Shown in pieces: positions 21,468 through 31,366 of a stretch of 32,000 nt of DNA; the first letter of the stretch is position 1, and each line of letters begins with the position of its first letter. Origin of the DNA: Micrococcus luteus NCTC 2665. GTDB taxonomy: Bacteria > Actinomycetota > Actinomycetes > Actinomycetales > Micrococcaceae. Position numbers and translations under genes: made by a program. Under the pieces are notes generated by a model. It made no database searches. It worked only from the letters and a program-made list of their open reading frames with translations, and had not been told where the DNA came from. The DNA lies in the NCBI RefSeq assembly GCF_000023205.1, contig NC_012803.1, positions 870,001 to 902,000 on the forward strand, given 5' to 3'.

Positions 21468-21812
21468 ATGAGTGTGACCGGCGAACCCGACCTGAACGAC
21501 CCCTTCGCGCCCGCCGGCGGCGGCACGTCCGTCCTCGAGCGTGAGGAGCTGCGACAGGAGATCGAGCCGGGCGACCACGAGCGCTTCGCCCACTACGTCC
21601 GCAAGGAGAAGATCACGGAGTCCGCCGTCACCGGTGCCCCCGTGATCGCCCTGTGCGGCAAGGTGTGGGTGCCGGGCCGGGACCCGAACAAGTTCCCCGT
21701 GTGCCCCACGTGCAAGGAGATCTACGAGGGCCTGCGCGAGCCGCAGGACGGCGGCGACGGCGACGGCGGCGGCAAGCGCGGCGGCTGGTTCGGAGGCCGC
21801 GGCCGTGGCTGA
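21468..21812 (+). CDS. DUF3039-family protein with a Gly/Arg/Asp-rich C-terminal tail
   Basis: HERFAHYVRKEKITESAVTGAPVIALCGKVWVPGRDPNKFPVCPTCKEIY matches the actinobacterial DUF3039 core as I recall it. The tail is DGGDGDGGGKRGGWFGGRGRG. Confidence 0.8.
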   Translation: MSVTGEPDLNDPFAPAGGGTSVLEREELRQEIEPGDHERFAHYVRKEKITESAVTGAPVIALCGKVWVPGRDPNKFPVCPTCKEIYEGLREPQDGGDGDGGGKRGGWFGGRGRG

Positions 21813-23625
21813 CGGCCGCTCCCTGACGAGCGGCACCCCGGACGGCAGCGTCCAGCACGACCTGTTCCACATCGGCGAGGACCTTCCCCCCGCCATGCCC
21901 GAGCGCGCGGCGTGGGGAACGGCCCCCAAGCTGCGCCAGTGGCAGCAGGAGGCCCTGGAGCGCTATCTCGAGACCGCGCCGCAGGACTTCCTGACGGTCG
22001 CGACCCCCGGCGCGGGCAAGACCACGTTCGCGTTGCGCGTGGCCAAGATCCTGATGGACTCCGGCGTGGTGCAGCGGCTGACCGTCGTGGCGCCCACGGA
22101 CCACCTCAAGCGCCAGTGGGCGGACAACGCCGCGCGCGTGGGCATCGCGATCGACCCGAACTTCAAGAACGCGGACGGGCGGCACGGCGCCGAGTACCGC
22201 GGGGTGGCGCTGACATACGCCCAGGTGGCGAACAAGCCCGTCCTGCACCGAAACCGCACCGAGGCCGCCAAGACCCTCGTGATCCTCGACGAGATCCACC
22301 ACGGAGGCGACGCCCTGAGCTGGGGCGAGGGCATCCGCGAGGCGTTCGAGCCGGCCACGCGGCGTCTGTCCCTGACCGGCACCCCGTTCCGCTCCGACAC
22401 CGCCTACATCCCCTTCGTCCGGTACGAGCTCGGCGCGGACGGCATCGAGCGGTCCAAGGCGGACTACACGTACGGCTACGGCCCGGCGCTGCGGGACCAC
22501 GTGGTGCGCCCCGTGATCTTCATGGCCTACTCCGGGCAGATGCGCTGGAAGACCTCCACCGGCGAGGTCATGGAGGCCCAGCTCGGCGAGGCCGCCACGA
22601 AGGACATCACCGCCTCCGCCTGGCGCACCGCACTCGACCCGGCCGGCGAGTGGATCCCGTCCGTGCTCCGCGCGGCCGACCGGCGGCTCAGCGAGGTGCG
22701 CCGCAACGTGCCCGACGCCGGCGGCCTCGTGATCGCCACGGACCACCAGGACGCGCACGCGTACGCCGCGCAGCTCGAGGCGCTGACCGGCCAGCGGCCG
22801 GCCGTGATCCTCTCGGACGACAAGGGCGCCTCGGACCGCATCGAGGAGTTCGCCGCGTCGGACGAGCGCTGGATGGTGGCGGTGCGCATGGTGTCCGAGG
22901 GCGTGGACGTGCCCCGCCTGTGCGTGGGCGTGTACGCCACGTCCACGTCCACGCCCCTGTTCTTCGCCCAGGCCGTGGGCCGCTTCGTGCGCTCCCGGCG
23001 GCGCGGGGAGACCGCCTCGGTGTTCCTGCCGTCCGTGCCCGCGCTCATGCTGCTGGCCAACGAGATGGAGCTCGAGCGGGACCACGCGCTGGACCGCAAG
23101 GAGGGCGCCGTCGACGTCGAGGACCTCGAGGACGCCCCCGAGGAGGACCTGATCGCGGAGGCCAACCGGGCCGAGAGCGGCTCGGACGCGCTGACACGGG
23201 AGAAGTTCGAGGCCCTCGAGTCCCGGGCCAGCTTCGACAAGGTGCTCTTCGACGGCGGCGAGTTCGGCCTCGGCGGCGCGGTCGGCTCGGAGGAGGAGCA
23301 GGACTTCCTCGGCATCCCGGGCCTGCTGGACGCCGAGCAGGTCTCCGCCCTGCTGCGGCAGCGGCAGGCCGAGCAGATCCAGCGCCGGCCGCGCGCGCAG
23401 GCGGCCGAGCCCGCCGACGTCGTGGACCACCGGCGGATGAAGGAGCTGCGCGCGGAGCTGTCCAAGACGGTGTCCGCGTGGGCGGCCCGCTCCGGCCAGC
23501 CGCACGGGGTGATCCACAACCGCCTGCGGGAGATCTCCGGCGGCCCCGCCGTGGCCCAGGCCTCCCGGGAGCAGCTGGAGAAGCGGCTGAGCACCCTGCG
23601 CGGGTGGTTCGTCGGCCGGACCTGA
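21805..23625 (+). CDS. Superfamily-2 DEAD/DEAH-box (Res-subunit-like) helicase
   Basis: Motif I TPGAGKT, motif II LDEIHH, motif III LTGTPFR, motif V/VI region MVSEGVDVP and QAVGRFVR. The GTG start overlaps the DUF3039 gene by 8 nt, and the start is uncertain. Confidence 0.85.
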   Translation: MADGRSLTSGTPDGSVQHDLFHIGEDLPPAMPERAAWGTAPKLRQWQQEALERYLETAPQDFLTVATPGAGKTTFALRVAKILMDSGVVQRLTVVAPTDHLKRQWADNAARVGIAIDPNFKNADGRHGAEYRGVALTYAQVANKPVLHRNRTEAAKTLVILDEIHHGGDALSWGEGIREAFEPATRRLSLTGTPFRSDTAYIPFVRYELGADGIERSKADYTYGYGPALRDHVVRPVIFMAYSGQMRWKTSTGEVMEAQLGEAATKDITASAWRTALDPAGEWIPSVLRAADRRLSEVRRNVPDAGGLVIATDHQDAHAYAAQLEALTGQRPAVILSDDKGASDRIEEFAASDERWMVAVRMVSEGVDVPRLCVGVYATSTSTPLFFAQAVGRFVRSRRRGETASVFLPSVPALMLLANEMELERDHALDRKEGAVDVEDLEDAPEEDLIAEANRAESGSDALTREKFEALESRASFDKVLFDGGEFGLGGAVGSEEEQDFLGIPGLLDAEQVSALLRQRQAEQIQRRPRAQAAEPADVVDHRRMKELRAELSKTVSAWAARSGQPHGVIHNRLREISGGPAVAQASREQLEKRLSTLRGWFVGRT

Positions 23626-23724
23626 GCTCCGTCGGGAGCGCGGCGGGCGGCGGGTTGAGGTTCGCCGCGCCTGGCCGGCACCCAGCACGGGGACGGGCTG
23701 GAATGGGGACACGATGTCAGGAGT

Positions 23725-24345
23725 CGCCATGCCCGTCTCCGTCGTCGTCGCCCTCATCCTCGGCCTGCATCAGGCGGGAGGCCCTCGAGGACGACGCGGC
23801 CGGCCGTGCCCGCGGGATCTGTCCGCCCTGCTGGACCGCGCCCGGCAGTGCGCGCATCGCCTGCGTCCGGACGGCACCGTGGAGGACGTGCCGGTGGAGG
23901 AGGTGCGTCCCGCCGAGGTGCTTCCCGTGGACGGCGCCGTTGCCTCCGCCGAGGGCGGCGGTGGGGTCGCCGTGGACCTGGACGAGTCCTCCCTGACCGG
24001 CGAGTCCTGCCCGTCATGCACCGCACCGGCTCGGCCGTGATGTCCGGCGCGCTCAACGGCACCCGCGCCTTCGTGCTCGAGGCGACCGCCGCCGCGGCCG
24101 TCTCGCAGTACCCGGCCATCGTCTCCCTCGTGCAGCAGGCGGCCGAGTCCCGCGCCCCCCTGGTGCGCCTGGCCGAACGCTACGCCGTGCCGTTCACCGC
24201 CGTCGCCCACCTGATCGCCGGCATGGCGTGGTGGCTGTCCCAGGACCCGGTCCGCTGCGCCGGGGTGCTCGTGGTGGCCACGCCGTGCCCGCTGCTCATC
24301 GCCGCTCCGGTGGCCTTCCTCGGCGGCGTGTCCCGCGCCGCCCCG
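23725..24345 (+). pseudogene. Relic of a heavy-metal P1B-type ATPase, truncated at both ends with at least 3 frameshifts
   Basis: Homology segments are spread over three frames: EALEDDAAGRARG (frame 0); DLSALLDRA...HRLRPDGTVEDVPVEEVRP...VPVDG...DESSLTGES (frame 2); AVMSGALNGTRAFVLEAT...APLVRLAERYAVPFT...VLVVATPCPLLIAAPVAFLGGVSRAA (frame 1). The DKTGT phosphorylation domain, the N domain and the N-terminal TM/metal-binding part are absent. Confidence 0.8.
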
Positions 24346-24386
24346 TCCGGGGGGAGCGGCAGGCCGTGCCGGCCTGAGCGCCGGAT

Positions 24387-24848
24387 TCAGCCGTCCCGGG
24401 ACTGGACGCGCACGAAGGCGCGCAGCTCGTCGCCCTCCACGTCACGGGACTCGCGGAAGCCATGGGCCTCGTAGAAGGCGCGCTGGCGCTCCTCGGTGTC
24501 CGTGAGCAGCACGTGCTGACGGACATGGCCGAACCGGGCGAAGACGCGGCGCAGCAGCTCGGAGGCGATGCCGCGGCGCTGGTGCCCCGGATCCACGAGG
24601 ATGTCCTGCAGGTAGGCGATGGTGTGTCCGTCGGAGACCACGCGGGCCAGGCCGACAAGACGGCCGCCGTCGAAGGCGGTCACCACGGTGGCCGAGCCCT
24701 GCAGCCCGCCCATGAGCGTGTCCATGTCCTCCGTGTAGGCGGACCAGCCCACGGCGTCGTAGAGGGCGCGGACGTCGTCGGCGGCCGCGATCGCCCCGGA
24801 GAGGTAGCGGATGCCGTCCCGGTCTGCGGCGATGGGGGAGCCGGTCAT
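24387..24848 (-). CDS. GNAT family N-acetyltransferase
   Basis: ATG start after GGAGAGGAG. Contains the acetyl-CoA motif A QRRGIASELLRRV and the C-terminal FYEAHGF. Confidence 0.85.
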   Translation of the reverse strand: MTGSPIAADRDGIRYLSGAIAAADDVRALYDAVGWSAYTEDMDTLMGGLQGSATVVTAFDGGRLVGLARVVSDGHTIAYLQDILVDPGHQRRGIASELLRRVFARFGHVRQHVLLTDTEERQRAFYEAHGFRESRDVEGDELRAFVRVQSRDG

Positions 24849-24909
24849 GGCTCCTCTCCTCGTCTGCGTCGGCCACCGGCTCCGGCACGCCCGCCGGGGC
24901 CGAACCCGC

Positions 24910-25593
24910 TCACGAGGTCGCCAAGACGGCCCCGGCGGCCTCCATCTCGTGGAGCGCGGCCTGAGCGGCTGCCTCGTCGACGCCGGCCACCAGGTCGGTC
25001 AGCACCGTGACCTCGTAGCCGGCGTCGAGGGCGTCGAGCACGGTGGCGCGCACGCAGTGATCCGTCGCGATGCCCACCACGGTGATCGCGTCCACGCCCT
25101 GCTCACGGAGCCACTCGTCGAGGCCGGGGGCGCCGGACTCGACGGCGGCCGCGGCCACGGCGGTGGCCCCGTACGGGCCGACTGTCCCGGAGGGGCGCTC
25201 GCCCGCGGCCCCGGTCGGGACGGCGTCGGGCTCGCCGAGGGCGCCGTCGAAGCCGGAGTAGGCGTCCGTGTGCAGGCCCTTGAGGAACTCGGCGTCGAGG
25301 TGCTCGGCGTCCAGGTCGGGATGCAGCTCGGCGCCGGCGGTGCCGGCCACACAGTGCACCGGCCAGGTGGTGCGGAAGTCCGGCTCGGCGCCGGTGGCCG
25401 CGGCGAAGTGCGTGCCCGGGTCGACGTGCCAGTCGCGCGTGGCGGCCACGGCCGCGTAGGCGTCCGCGTGCTCGGCCAGGTGCTCGCTGACCCCGGCCGC
25501 GACGGCGGCGCCGCCGGTCACGCCGAGGGCGCCGCCCTCGCAGAAGTCGTTCTGCACGTCCACGATCACCAGGGCGCGGTTCAGGTTCTCCAT
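24910..25593 (-). CDS. pncA: Nicotinamidase/pyrazinamidase (isochorismatase family)
   Basis: ALVIVDVQNDFCEGGALGV, WPVHCV, and catalytic Cys in VVGIATDHCVRATV. Confidence 0.9.
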   Translation of the reverse strand: MENLNRALVIVDVQNDFCEGGALGVTGGAAVAAGVSEHLAEHADAYAAVAATRDWHVDPGTHFAAATGAEPDFRTTWPVHCVAGTAGAELHPDLDAEHLDAEFLKGLHTDAYSGFDGALGEPDAVPTGAAGERPSGTVGPYGATAVAAAAVESGAPGLDEWLREQGVDAITVVGIATDHCVRATVLDALDAGYEVTVLTDLVAGVDEAAAQAALHEMEAAGAVLATS

Positions 25594-25596
25594 GGG

Positions 25597-26949
25597 TCAG
25601 TCCTCCAGGAAGATGGTCGGGATGGCGGGGTCGCCCGGCTGCAGGCGGCCCACCGAGGCGGGCAGCTCGCGCAGGGAGGCGGCGTGCCGCTCGGCGGCGC
25701 GGGTGACGGCCTCGGGGCCGGTCCAGCCCTCGGCCAGCTCGCCGGCGTGCACGAAACGGTGCAGCAGGGGACGGTCGTCGGCGTCGGGCGCGGCGCTGCG
25801 GTTGACGCCGATCACCTCGGCGGTGGCCCGGCCCCGCGGGTCGCGGCGGCGCGCGGCCTCCTTGCGGCCGCCCCGGCTGGCCTTGCCGGAACTGGCCTTG
25901 GCCACGTCCACCCACGTGCCGTCGTCGTCCTGGCGGGCCACGAGCTTGTAGACCATGGAGGCGGTGGGCGCGCCGGACCCGGTGACCAGGCGCGTGCCCA
26001 CGCCGTACGAGCTGACGGGGGCGGAGCGCAGGGCGGCGATCGCGTACTCGTCCAGGTCCGAGGTGACCATGATCCCGGTCTCGGTGTTGCCCAGCTCGTC
26101 GAGCAGCTCGCGCACGCGGTGGGCCTGGATCACGAGGTCGCCGGAGTCGACCCGGACGTTCCGCAGGGCCGGGCCGGCCACCTCGACCGCGGTGCGCACG
26201 CCCTGCTCCACGTCATACGTGTCCACGAGGAGGGTGGTGTCCGCTCCGAGCGCGGCGACCTGGGCCTCGAAGGCGGCGCGCTCCGAGTCGTGCAGCAGGG
26301 TGAAGGAGTGGGCGGCGGTGCCGACGGTCGGGATGCCGTACCGGCGGCCCGCCTCGAGGTTCGAGGTCGCGGTGAAGCCCGCGATGGCCGCGGCGCGGGC
26401 GGCGGCCACGGCGGACTCCTCGTGCGTGCGGCGCGAGCCCATCTCGGCGCACGGGCGGCCGTCCGCGACGGCCGTCATGCGGGAGGCGGCGGAGGCCACG
26501 GCGGAGTCGTAGTTGTAGATGGAGAGCAGGTAGGTCTCCAGGATGCACGCCTCGGCGAACGTCGACTCCACCTGCAGGAGGGGGGAGTGCGGGAAGTAGG
26601 CCTCGCCCTCGGCGTAGCCCACGATGTCGCCCGTGAACTCGTAGTCGGCGAGCCAGGCCAGCGTGGCGTCGTCGAGGGCGGTGGTGTCCGCGAGGAAGTC
26701 GAGCTCGGGCGTGTCGAACCGGAAGCGGGACAGGCCCTCCAGCGCGCGGCCCACGCCGGCCACCACGCCGTAGCGGCGGCCGCTGGGCAGGCGTCGGGTG
26801 AACAGCTCGAAGCGGGAGCGGCGGTGCGCGGTGCCGGCCTTCAGCGCGGCCTGGAGCATGGTCAGCTCGTAGTGGTCGGTCATCAGCGCCGTGGGGATCT
26901 GCCAGTCGTCGGCGGTCCGCGGGGCGCTGGGCACGGGGTTCTGGCTCAC
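25597..26949 (-). CDS. pncB: Nicotinate phosphoribosyltransferase
   Basis: LMTDHYELTMLQAAL and GTAAHSF motifs. The stop lies 3 nt before the pncA ATG. Confidence 0.9.
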   Translation of the reverse strand: MSQNPVPSAPRTADDWQIPTALMTDHYELTMLQAALKAGTAHRRSRFELFTRRLPSGRRYGVVAGVGRALEGLSRFRFDTPELDFLADTTALDDATLAWLADYEFTGDIVGYAEGEAYFPHSPLLQVESTFAEACILETYLLSIYNYDSAVASAASRMTAVADGRPCAEMGSRRTHEESAVAAARAAAIAGFTATSNLEAGRRYGIPTVGTAAHSFTLLHDSERAAFEAQVAALGADTTLLVDTYDVEQGVRTAVEVAGPALRNVRVDSGDLVIQAHRVRELLDELGNTETGIMVTSDLDEYAIAALRSAPVSSYGVGTRLVTGSGAPTASMVYKLVARQDDDGTWVDVAKASSGKASRGGRKEAARRRDPRGRATAEVIGVNRSAAPDADDRPLLHRFVHAGELAEGWTGPEAVTRAAERHAASLRELPASVGRLQPGDPAIPTIFLED

Positions 26950-26955
26950 GCGCCC

Positions 26956-26961
26956 ACCCTA
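26956..26961 (-). promoter_or_regulatory. -10 box TAGGGT, 6 nt upstream of the pncB GTG (candidate leaderless mRNA)
   Basis: The minus strand reads TAGGGT-gggcgc-GTG. Confidence 0.4.
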
Positions 26962-26963
26962 GT

Positions 26964-26984
26964 GGACCGTTGCGGGGCCGGTCC
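26964..26984. promoter_or_regulatory. Inverted repeat GGACCG-N9-CGGTCC between the divergent pncB and clpS -10 boxes (candidate operator)
   Basis: Perfect 6-bp arms at 26964-26969 and 26979-26984 in a 64-bp divergent intergenic region. Confidence 0.3.
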
Positions 26985-27000
26985 TGGCCCGCCCGCCTCG

Positions 27001-27006
27001 TACACT
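27001..27006 (+). promoter_or_regulatory. -10 box TACACT, 7 nt upstream of the clpS ATG (candidate leaderless mRNA)
   Basis: TACACT-ggggcgc-ATG. There is no SD. Confidence 0.45.
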
Positions 27007-27013
27007 GGGGCGC

Positions 27014-27376
27014 ATGTCCGTGCTGACCCGCCACGATCCGTCCGCGCCGCGCGCCGTGCGTCCGGCGCCGGGCGAGTCCGCCCCCGCCGGCGCCACCGAC
27101 ACCGCCCTGCTGGAGCGGCCTCACGAGGACACGGCCCGGGACCGGCCGTGGAACGTCGTGGTGTGGAACGACCCGGTGAACCTGATGAGCTACGTCGCCT
27201 ACGTGTTCCGCACCCACTTCGGCTACTCCGCGGCCAAGGCGCAACGGCTCATGCTCGAGGTCCACGAGCGGGGCCGGTCCGTGGTGGCGACGGGCACCAA
27301 GGAGAAGGCCGAGCTGCACGTGGGCGCGATGCACGGCTACGGGCTGTGGGCCACGCTGGAGCAGGCGGAGGACTGA
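27014..27376 (+). CDS. clpS: ATP-dependent Clp protease adaptor ClpS
   Basis: WNVVVWNDPVNLMSYVAYVFRTHFGYS...MLEVHERGRSVVATG. Confidence 0.9.
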   Translation: MSVLTRHDPSAPRAVRPAPGESAPAGATDTALLERPHEDTARDRPWNVVVWNDPVNLMSYVAYVFRTHFGYSAAKAQRLMLEVHERGRSVVATGTKEKAELHVGAMHGYGLWATLEQAED

Positions 27377-27384
27377 GGAGGGGC

Positions 27385-28152
27385 ATGGCAGAACGGTTCC
27401 GCTGGACGCGGCGGGGGTACACGGCGCAGCTGGAGCTGCCGGAGGTGCGCCTGCTGCGCGGGCTGGTCAGGGACGTCGTCGCCCTGCTCGAGGGCCGACG
27501 CGCGGACGTGCGCCCCGCCGAGGCGGACCCCGCCGGGGCCCAGGCCGCCGAGGACGGCGTCGACACGCCCGAGGACATCCCGGCGGCGCCGCCGTCCGTG
27601 TCCGCTGCGGAGGATGCGGGCCCCATGGCCGGACTGGACGCGTCCGACGCCGCGTTCTGGGGGTTGGTCTCCGGCCTGCACCTGAGCCAGGACGCGGAGC
27701 CGCAGCGCTCGGCCCCCGCCGACCCGGCCGTCGCACGCCTCCTGCCGGATGCGATGCCCCGGGCCGGCGCCGCCGAGCAGGGCGCCCACCGGGCCCTGAC
27801 CGAGGACGCCCTGTCCGAGGGGAAGCTCGCGGACGCGCGCCTGGCACTCGAGCTGCTGCGCTCGACGCGCGTGGAGGTGCCGCACGACCAGGCGCCGGCC
27901 TTCGGCCGCGCGCTCAACGACGTGCGCCTCGTCCTCGCCGCCCGCCTGGGCGTCGAGACCGAGGAGGACGCCGCCCGTGTGCACGCCGTGGACGACTGGC
28001 GCAGCGCGGAGGACGTCGAGTCCACCATGGCCCTGCTCTACAACTTCACCTCGTGGCTGCTGGAGACGCTCATGACGGAGATGCTCAGCGAGCTGCCCGA
28101 GGGCTCGGATGAGTCCGCGCCGGGCGCCGGGGACGCGGAGGGCGAGCAGTGA
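27385..28152 (+). CDS. DUF2017-family protein (conserved ClpS neighbour)
   Basis: ATG start after GAGGAGGGG. Begins [28 protein letters not shown] and is acidic. It sits in the syntenic position after clpS. Confidence 0.7.
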   Translation: MAERFRWTRRGYTAQLELPEVRLLRGLVRDVVALLEGRRADVRPAEADPAGAQAAEDGVDTPEDIPAAPPSVSAAEDAGPMAGLDASDAAFWGLVSGLHLSQDAEPQRSAPADPAVARLLPDAMPRAGAAEQGAHRALTEDALSEGKLADARLALELLRSTRVEVPHDQAPAFGRALNDVRLVLAARLGVETEEDAARVHAVDDWRSAEDVESTMALLYNFTSWLLETLMTEMLSELPEGSDESAPGAGDAEGEQ

Positions 28153-29081
28153 GCGGCCGGCTCGCCGCCGTGGACGCCACCGCGCCGATCGGCGTGTTCG
28201 ACTCGGGCGTGGGCGGGCTGACCGTGGCCCGGGCGATCATGGACCAGCTGCCCCACGAGTCCATCCTCTACGTGGGCGACACGGAGCACTCGCCGTACGG
28301 CCCGCGGCCCATCGCCGAGGTGCGGGCCCTCGCCCTGGCGATCATGGACGAGCTCGTCGCGCGCGGCGTCAAGGCGCTCGTGATCGCGTGCAACTCCGCG
28401 TCGGCCGCCGTGCTGCGCGACGCCCGCGAGCGCTACACGGGAGGCCACGGCATCCCCGTGATCGAGGTGATCCAGCCCGCCGTGCGCCGCGCCGTGGCCG
28501 CCACCCGCACGGGCCGGATCGGCGTGATCGGCACCGAGGCGACCGTCGGGTCCCGCGCCTACGAGGACTCGTTCTCGGCCGCCCCGCACCTCGCGATCAC
28601 CTCGGTCGCGTGCCCGCGGTTCGTGGAGTTCGTGGAGGCTGGCATCACCACCGGCCCCGAACTGCTGGAGACCGCCCGGGAGTACACGGCCCCGCTGCGT
28701 GCGGCGGGGGTGGACACCCTCGTGCTGGGATGCACCCACTACCCGCTGCTGACCGGCGCCCTCTCGCTCGTGATGGGGGAGGACGTCACGCTCGTCTCCT
28801 CCGCGGAGGAGACCGCCAAGGACCTCTACCGGGAGCTGGTCCGCCTCGGCCTCGAGCACCCCCACTCTGCCGCGGGCTCCGGCCAGGCCACCCGCCACCG
28901 CTTCGCCGCCACCGGCGACCCCGACCACTTCCAGGCCCTCGCGCGCCGCTTCCTCGGACCCGAGGTCGAGTCCGTGCGACGCCTGGAGACGATCGGCGCG
29001 CCCCGCCCCGCGGCCGCGCCGGTCCCGACGCGCTCGACGGCCTCCGTCCGGCTGGGCGCCGAGCAGGAGGGTGTGACGTGA
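28149..29081 (+). CDS. murI: Glutamate racemase
   Basis: GTGA overlap with the upstream gene. Contains [22 protein letters not shown] and LGCTHYPLL, including both catalytic Cys. Confidence 0.95.
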   Translation: MSGRLAAVDATAPIGVFDSGVGGLTVARAIMDQLPHESILYVGDTEHSPYGPRPIAEVRALALAIMDELVARGVKALVIACNSASAAVLRDARERYTGGHGIPVIEVIQPAVRRAVAATRTGRIGVIGTEATVGSRAYEDSFSAAPHLAITSVACPRFVEFVEAGITTGPELLETAREYTAPLRAAGVDTLVLGCTHYPLLTGALSLVMGEDVTLVSSAEETAKDLYRELVRLGLEHPHSAAGSGQATRHRFAATGDPDHFQALARRFLGPEVESVRRLETIGAPRPAAAPVPTRSTASVRLGAEQEGVT

Positions 29082-29893
29082 AGCTGACCATCATCGGGGC
29101 CTCCGGGTCCTTTCCCGGCCCGGGCTCACCCGCCTCGTGCTACCTCCTCACCGCCGAGGGCGTGGCCGAGGACGGCGTCACCCCGCGCACGTGGCGGATC
29201 CTGCTGGACCTCGGCAACGGCGCCCTCGGCGTGCTGCAGCGCTACGTCGATCTCGAGGACCTGGACGGCATCCTGCTCTCCCACCTGCACCCGGACCACT
29301 TCATGGACCTGTTCGGGATGCACGTGGCCATCCGCTGGAACCCGGCCGGCTGGGGCCGCGGCCGGCTGCCCGTCTACGGACCCGCCGGCACCGGCGACCG
29401 CATCGCCGAGGCGTACGGGATGGACCCCGAGCCGGGGATGCACCAGGACTTCGAGTTCCGGTGCTGGGCCGCCGGCCGCACCGAGCGGCTCGGTCCGTTC
29501 CGGTTCACACCGGTCCCCGTGCGCCATCCCATCGACGAGGCCTACGCGATCCGGGTCGAGGTGGACCGCGTCGACGACGACGGCGACGTCACCACCCGCG
29601 TGCTCACCTACTCCGGGGACACCGACGCGTGTGAGGGGCTCGTCGAGGCCGCGCGGGACGCGGACGTGTTCCTGTGCGAGGCCGCCTTCCACGAGGGCCG
29701 GGACGACGGCATCGACGGCGTCCACCTGACCGGCCGGCGGGCCGGCGAGACGGCGGCGCAGGCCGGGGCGCGGAAGCTGCTGCTCACGCACCTGCCGGTG
29801 TGGAACGATCCGCAGCGCGCCGTCCAGGAGGCCCGCGCGGTGTACGACGGCCCGCTGGCCGTCGCCGTCTCGGGGCTGAGCTACGGCGTCTGA
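29078..29893 (+). CDS. MBL-fold metallo-hydrolase (Rv1339-position family, reported in mycobacteria as an atypical cyclic-nucleotide phosphodiesterase)
   Basis: GTGA overlap with murI. Contains the HxHxDH motif LSHLHPDHF and later the SGDT and EAAF blocks. Confidence 0.8.
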   Translation: MKLTIIGASGSFPGPGSPASCYLLTAEGVAEDGVTPRTWRILLDLGNGALGVLQRYVDLEDLDGILLSHLHPDHFMDLFGMHVAIRWNPAGWGRGRLPVYGPAGTGDRIAEAYGMDPEPGMHQDFEFRCWAAGRTERLGPFRFTPVPVRHPIDEAYAIRVEVDRVDDDGDVTTRVLTYSGDTDACEGLVEAARDADVFLCEAAFHEGRDDGIDGVHLTGRRAGETAAQAGARKLLLTHLPVWNDPQRAVQEARAVYDGPLAVAVSGLSYGV

Positions 29894-29902
29894 GGGCGTG
29901 CC

Positions 29903-29908
29903 TAGACT
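29903..29908 (+). promoter_or_regulatory. -10 box TAGACT, 7 nt upstream of the rph ATG (candidate leaderless mRNA)
   Basis: CTAGACTGG-aggc-CATGAG. Confidence 0.45.
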
Positions 29909-29915
29909 GGAGGCC

Positions 29916-30676
<761 letters not shown>

Positions 30677-30680
<4 letters not shown>

Positions 30681-31366
30681 GCGCGCCCGCCGCCTCGTCG
30701 GCGGGCCTGCCGGAGGGCGCCCGCGTCGTGCTCGCCACGCACAACGCGGGCAAGGTGCGCGAGCTGCGGCAGCTGCTCGCCGGCGCCGTGCCCGGCCTCG
30801 AGGTGGAGACCGCGGTGGTGGACGCGGGCGCCGTGGGCGCCCCGGACGTCGTCGAGGACGGCGTCACGTTCGCCCAGAACGCGCTGAAGAAGGCCCGCGC
30901 CGTGGCCGCGCACACCGGGCTGATCGCCGTCGCGGACGACTCCGGTCTGGCCGTGGACGTGCTGCACGGCGCCCCCGGGATCTTCTCGGCCCGCTGGGCC
31001 GGGCGTCACGGGGACGACCGTGCCAACCTCGAGCTGCTGCTGGCCCAGCTGGCCGACGTGCCGGACGAGCATCGGGGTGCCCAGTTCGTGTGCGCCGCCG
31101 CGCTCGCGGTCCCCAGCGGCCCGGACGCCGCGGGCGCCCGGGCCATCCACGTCGAGCACGTCGAGCACGGCCGCCTGCCCGGCACGCTGCTGCGCGAGCC
31201 CGTGGGGGACGGCGGCTTCGGCTACGACCCGATCCTGCGCCCCGAGGGCCGGGACGTGTCCACCGCGCAGCTGAGCCCCGAGGACAAGAACGCGATCAGC
31301 CACCGGGGGCACGCCTTCCGCGCCCTGCTGCCCTACCTGGTGGACGCGCTCGACGCGCGCCCGTGA
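30677..31366 (+). CDS. rdgB: Non-canonical purine NTP (dITP/XTP) pyrophosphatase, RdgB/HAM1 family
   Basis: GTGA overlap with rph. Contains [34 protein letters not shown] and ISHRG. Confidence 0.9.

Noticed and set aside
23626-24386. A mobile element or integration scar flanking the ATPase relic.
   Set aside because: No transposase or integrase fragment, terminal inverted repeats or direct repeats could be recognised. The only feature is a weak 7-bp inverted repeat (GACGGGC...GCCCGTC at about 23692-23736) with a 31-nt loop.
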